IMG/VR virus record: IMGVR_UViG_3300030099_005838
From: a virus
Reading direction: 5' to 3' (one strand)
Length of the DNA stretch: 64,000 nt
Part shown: positions 59,568 to 64,000 of the stretch, one piece after another
Layout of the letters: each line of letters opens with the position of its first letter
Numbering within the stretch: the stretch's first letter is position 1
The notes under the pieces: generated by a model
Seen by the model: only the letters and a program-made list of their open reading frames with translations
Database searches by the model: none
What the model was told of the DNA's origin: nothing
Made by a program: the position numbers and the translations under genes

Positions 59568-60186
59568 ATTTTTGAATTTAGATAACGTTCTATGTTTATC
59601 ACCACATCCTGATGATGTGGAATATGGTATGTTAGGTAGCATAATTAAACATAAAGATACTAATTTTCACATAATGGTATTCTCAATTGGTGGTGATTTT
59701 GATGTTTCGTCTAATAAGAGTAGGCAAACTGAATGCCAGGTTATTTGGGATAAGTTAGACAATGTTACTGGTACTTTTTTATATGATACACACTTATCAG
59801 TATTAACAGAGGATGAGTTAGTAAACAAAGTAGACAATTTTAATCACAACACTCAAACCAAATGGGATGCAATATTCTGTCCACCTAAAGAAGACTCTCA
59901 TTTCGAACACAAAATGATTAATTCAATAGTACCAGCTTGTGTAAGAAGATTGGATTGTGGAATCATAGATTATAGAACACCAAGCACATTAGAAAATTGG
60001 ATACCTAATTTATATGTTGAGGTAGATATAGAAGAAAAGTCAGAGTTGTTAAAATCATTTGAATCACAATCAAACAAATCTTTTTTTAATAAAGGCCCTT
60101 TAGAAGTATTCCATACAAATTATAATTGTAAAAAAAGAGGGATAGATTTCGTAGAAACTTACAGAATAGAGAGACTATATGATTAA
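59560..60186 (+). CDS. PIG-L/LmbE family deacetylase
   Basis: SPHPDDVE.G, DSH.EH, K..LL..F.SQ. Confidence 0.85.
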   Translation: MSKFLNLDNVLCLSPHPDDVEYGMLGSIIKHKDTNFHIMVFSIGGDFDVSSNKSRQTECQVIWDKLDNVTGTFLYDTHLSVLTEDELVNKVDNFNHNTQTKWDAIFCPPKEDSHFEHKMINSIVPACVRRLDCGIIDYRTPSTLENWIPNLYVEVDIEEKSELLKSFESQSNKSFFNKGPLEVFHTNYNCKKRGIDFVETYRIERLYD

Positions 60187-61138
60187 CAAAAGAATTATGA
60201 TTATCGGTGGTACGGGAGCGTTAGGAAAACAACTTACTGAAAGATGGAAGGTAGGTAATGAGATACTAATATTTTCCAGAAACGAACACAAGCAAGAGGA
60301 AATGAAAAGAACGTATCCTGATGCACTATATCGTATAGGAGATGTAAAAGATAAAGAATCAATACTAAGAAGTATGTATGAATTCCAACCCAATATTATT
60401 GTTAATACCGCCGCACTTAAAACAGTTTGGGTTGCACAAGACAATCCATACGAATCAATACAGACTAATATCATAGGACATCAGTATCTAATAGATTGTG
60501 TTAGGGAATGTAGACATCAAATAGAGTCTCTAATGTTTATATCAACAGACAAAGCTTGTAGTCCTGTGAATGTGTATGGTATGAGTAAGAGTATAGCAGA
60601 ACAAATGTATGTAAACTTTGCAAAACAGCAATCGGATATCAAAGTTGCACTTTGTCGTTATGGTAATGTTTTAGATTCAACTGGTTCACTAATACCTGTT
60701 TTCAAAGATATGATTGAGAGAGGTGTTCAGAGTTTACCAATTACAAACTATGATATGACGAGGTTTTTGATAACTCTGAATGAGGCGATTGATTTGATTG
60801 AATGGTCGTATCAATCACCGGATTCACATGGAAAGATAATTGTTCCTAAATTACCATCTATGAAAATTGTAGATTTTGCTAGTGCCATTGCAACATCGAT
60901 GAGTGAATCAGGAATGAAATTTCATAAGATACCAATCAGAGATGGTGAAAAGCTTCACGAGGAGATGATAAGTTCCATAGAAATGCAGAGAGTAGAGGAT
61001 ACAGAGTCAGATAAATATCTGTCAATAGGTTACAAAAGAATTAATGAGGACTACAATCATAAACCTTTGAATTCTAAGTTTCATCTCATAGATAGTGATG
61101 AGGCGTTTATGTTTTTAGTTAATAAGGGAGTGTTATGA
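60179..61138 (+). CDS. fnlA: UDP-N-acetylglucosamine 4,6-dehydratase (FnlA/CapE/PseB family)
   Basis: GGTG..G, FSR.E.KQ, AALK.V, STDKA..P.N.YG.SK, RYGNV..S.GS, R.GEK.HE. The symbol is inferred from the fnlB-like neighbour. Confidence 0.75.
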   Translation: MINKRIMIIGGTGALGKQLTERWKVGNEILIFSRNEHKQEEMKRTYPDALYRIGDVKDKESILRSMYEFQPNIIVNTAALKTVWVAQDNPYESIQTNIIGHQYLIDCVRECRHQIESLMFISTDKACSPVNVYGMSKSIAEQMYVNFAKQQSDIKVALCRYGNVLDSTGSLIPVFKDMIERGVQSLPITNYDMTRFLITLNEAIDLIEWSYQSPDSHGKIIVPKLPSMKIVDFASAIATSMSESGMKFHKIPIRDGEKLHEEMISSIEMQRVEDTESDKYLSIGYKRINEDYNHKPLNSKFHLIDSDEAFMFLVNKGVL

Positions 61139-62220
61139 AAGTAGGTATTACGGGCTCTAACGGTTTCATAGGATATCACCTATGGGTTCATCTAAAATAT
61201 TTAACTAAACCGATTGATAATTTAGAAGTAATTAGATTAAGTAGAGATTTAAAAGAAGTCAGTAAGTGTGATTTAGTGGTTCATTTAGCAGAAAAAAATA
61301 GAGGTGATGAAGATGAGATATATCATAATAATATATCATCTGCTAGTACATTAGCATCTGTAATGAATGGCAATCAACGAATATTATATGCTTCCTCAAT
61401 ACATGAAGATGATGATTCAGTATTCGGTAGATATAGAAAAGAAAATAAGAAGATGTTTAAGAGTTGGGCAAAATCTACTGGTGGTTCATTTTCATCATTG
61501 AGAATACCCAATGTCTTTGGCCCATTCTGTAAACCAAATTATAACTCTTTTATTGCAACATTCTGTCACAAACTAATAAACAATGAGGAGATACAGGCTA
61601 ACTCTAATGAGGTTGATTTGGTGTATGTTCAAAACTTATGTAAGCAAATTGTAGAAATCATAAGGGGAAAAGGTAATGAGGAAAGTTACACCATAGAATC
61701 AGATGTTAGATATAGTGTTCAGTATGTTTTAACTAAACTTTCTATGTTCAAAAAAAGATATGTTGATAATAATGTAATACCAGACATACATAAACCATAT
61801 AATACATTTGAATTAGATTTATTCAACACATTTAGGTCACATCTAACCAACAGATTAGTCACTATGGATAGTAATTCAGATGATAGGGGATACTTATCTG
61901 AAACTATAAAAACTGATGCGGGTGGACAATCATTCTTTTCAACCACTAAACCAGGTTACATCAGAGGACAACATTTTCATATGAGAAAATTGGAAAGATT
62001 TTGTGTTCTGAAAGGTAACGCTGATATAAATCTGAGGAAGATTGGAACGGATGAAATAATAACTTACAAAGTCTCAGGTGATAAAACACAGTATATAGAT
62101 ATGCCATTATTTTACACCCATAATATCACACCAGCTGATGAAAAGGAAATAATAACGTTGTTTTGGACTAATGAATTGTTAGACAAAAACGATACAGATA
62201 CTTATTGGGAAGATGTATAA
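61135..62220 (+). CDS. fnlB: FnlB/CapF/WbjC-like bifunctional NAD-dependent reductase/epimerase with C-terminal cupin
   Basis: ITGSNGFIG, PNVFG.FCKPNYNS.IATFC, then DDRG...E, T.PG..RG.HFH..K.E.F.V..G, MP..YTHNI. Confidence 0.85.
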   Translation: MKVGITGSNGFIGYHLWVHLKYLTKPIDNLEVIRLSRDLKEVSKCDLVVHLAEKNRGDEDEIYHNNISSASTLASVMNGNQRILYASSIHEDDDSVFGRYRKENKKMFKSWAKSTGGSFSSLRIPNVFGPFCKPNYNSFIATFCHKLINNEEIQANSNEVDLVYVQNLCKQIVEIIRGKGNEESYTIESDVRYSVQYVLTKLSMFKKRYVDNNVIPDIHKPYNTFELDLFNTFRSHLTNRLVTMDSNSDDRGYLSETIKTDAGGQSFFSTTKPGYIRGQHFHMRKLERFCVLKGNADINLRKIGTDEIITYKVSGDKTQYIDMPLFYTHNITPADEKEIITLFWTNELLDKNDTDTYWEDV

Positions 62221-63961
62221 AAAAATATCAATCGAAGAAATAAACAACGTAGAGTGTGAAACTGTCTTAGACAAATGGGGTAGGATTGCATACGGTGTTA
62301 ATCAATCACGCAAAGTCTTATATGATAGAAAGAGAAACCTATACTACAAAATATTCGATAAAGAATACTGTCGTAGAGACAATTTTATAACAGCTGTCGA
62401 AAAGGGTTACTTCAGAGAGGTCGCACCTGCTCTTCTATCACTAATAGTAGATGGTGATGATATAGTAGGTTATATTTGTGAAGGTGGAGAGACATTAACT
62501 ACACCCAATTCTATTCATACATTGCAAGAAAAACTATTGGAGTTAGTAGATGATACTAAACTATTCTATTATGATTTAGTGCCACAAAATATAGTCGTAA
62601 TGAGAAACACTGGAAAACTAAGTCTCATTGATTTAGAGAGTGTGTATCATATAGATGAGCTATACAGAATAGATAAACATAAGGCGGTAGTAAAACCAGT
62701 TGAATATTTCAAAGAATTAGAAAAGAAATGGAGAGAAAACATGGATAAGGTTATAAGTTTTATACAACCTAGCAGAAATAACTTAAAATATCTAAAGTGG
62801 AGTTATGACTCTATCAGAAAGAATTTAGGATACCGACATGAGATATGTTGGGCCGATGATTTCTCTGATGATGGAACTTGGGAATGGATGCAGGAGATAG
62901 CAGAAAAAGATAAGAATGTAAAAATACATAGAAATGATGGGCCAACCAGATTAGGACACACAATACTCTATGATACGTTAATAAATGATTATGCAACTAA
63001 TGATATTGTTATGATATACCATGCTGATATGTATGCGTGTCCAAAATTAGATGAAGAGATACTTAAATATTTAGAACCAGGTAAGGTGGTTAGTGCAACT
63101 CGTATAGAACCACCATTACATCCTGATGGCCCTGAAAAAATACTAAAGGATTTTGGTATAGAACCTGAAGAATTTGATGAGTTTGGTTTAATGAGATTCT
63201 TAGACGAAGGGGTGGACTACAGTAAGAAACCTACTAATGGTATATTTGCACCTTGGGCGATATATAAGGAAGACTTCCAATTCATAGGTGGACATGACCC
63301 GTTGTATGCTCCACAATCTAAAGAAGACTCTGATATATTCAATCGATTCAAATTAGCTGGGTATGAGTTTATTCAAACGTGGAGAGGGTTTGTGTACCAT
63401 ATGACTTGTAGAGGTAGTAGATTTAAAGATGGTGCTATGAGAAATCCAGCCGGGCAGGTTTTTATGAAGGGTAGAGAATCATCAGAATGGTTAGCTCAGA
63501 ATCTAAGAAGCACTCGTAATTTTATCCGTAAATGGGGACATATGGTGCAACATGACCACTTACTACATCCTGTCATACCACCTAAATATGATATAGCTTT
63601 TGTTGCATATCGTTGTAGTAAAAAGATACTTTATGAGCTAGAACCTTGGTGTAGTGTCATTTATCTAGACCTAAGTGATTCGGATGGTATGACTGAATAT
63701 AGACGTGAGGAACAACCAAACACATCATTTGATTTAGATAAAAGAATTAAATTATATGGTAACAGCACCATATCAGAGTTACATGACATATGTGTCGAAT
63801 TTGATGCAGATAAACTAACGCCAGAGAACTTTCAGACTATCGTTAACCTATCAGCTATAATTCAAAATAGCGGACAGATAGGAGTTATGCAACATGATAT
63901 ATTCAAATTTTTCATAAAATCTTTGGATACTTATGAAAAAGATTTAATTTTAGTCAAATAA
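62213..63961 (+). CDS. Kinase-like N-terminal domain fused to a GT2-like glycosyltransferase
   Basis: YYDLVPQNI...LIDLE kinase-fold motifs; then FIQPSRNN, DDFSDDGT, YHADM, EDSD.F.RF.LAG. Confidence 0.75.
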   Translation: MYKKISIEEINNVECETVLDKWGRIAYGVNQSRKVLYDRKRNLYYKIFDKEYCRRDNFITAVEKGYFREVAPALLSLIVDGDDIVGYICEGGETLTTPNSIHTLQEKLLELVDDTKLFYYDLVPQNIVVMRNTGKLSLIDLESVYHIDELYRIDKHKAVVKPVEYFKELEKKWRENMDKVISFIQPSRNNLKYLKWSYDSIRKNLGYRHEICWADDFSDDGTWEWMQEIAEKDKNVKIHRNDGPTRLGHTILYDTLINDYATNDIVMIYHADMYACPKLDEEILKYLEPGKVVSATRIEPPLHPDGPEKILKDFGIEPEEFDEFGLMRFLDEGVDYSKKPTNGIFAPWAIYKEDFQFIGGHDPLYAPQSKEDSDIFNRFKLAGYEFIQTWRGFVYHMTCRGSRFKDGAMRNPAGQVFMKGRESSEWLAQNLRSTRNFIRKWGHMVQHDHLLHPVIPPKYDIAFVAYRCSKKILYELEPWCSVIYLDLSDSDGMTEYRREEQPNTSFDLDKRIKLYGNSTISELHDICVEFDADKLTPENFQTIVNLSAIIQNSGQIGVMQHDIFKFFIKSLDTYEKDLILVK

Positions 63962-64000
63962 ATATATATATATTATTATGATGTATTACATATTATTCAA

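Noticed and set aside
31-61946. Numerous minus-strand and short alternate-frame ORFs in the supplied track (e.g. 31-516, 3072-3500, 16073-16981, 28333-28929)
   Set aside because: They shadow well-supported + strand genes, lack SD or motifs, and reflect the codon bias of the real strand.
1-64000. Stop-codon reassignment, introns or inteins
   Set aside because: Long genes read through in code 11 and end in TAA, TAG or TGA; polB, nrdJ, dnaB and recA have ordinary lengths with no visible insertions.

Overview
The window is a 64-kb slice of a large, AT-rich dsDNA bacteriophage with a contractile tail (T4-like gene set). All credible genes are on the + strand and read in the standard code. Order: (1-11.0 kb) two very long repeat-rich tail fibres, the second ending in an S74 chaperone, then two LamG-like proteins; (11.1-25.4 kb) tail sheath, tube, holin-like peptide, hub chaperone, tape measure, tube initiator, LysM wedge and large hub protein; (25.5-45.7 kb) thyX, a minimal family-A polymerase, ssb, recA/uvsX, 5'-3' exonuclease, DnaB-like helicase, class II (B12) RNR, a full-length TonB-dependent receptor, family-B polymerase, clamp and clamp loader with two interleaved Mom-like acetyltransferases; (45.7-64 kb) nucleotide-modification genes and a ~15-kb glycan island with unusual enzyme fusions. 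Best leads: a probable +1 programmed frameshift in the tail chaperone, nucleotide-level repeats marking fibre module junctions, and a phage TonB receptor beside the B12-dependent RNR with a pseudoknot in its leader. No capsid, terminase, tRNA, rRNA, CRISPR or integrase was recognised. Product calls come from motif recognition by eye; no database search was run.
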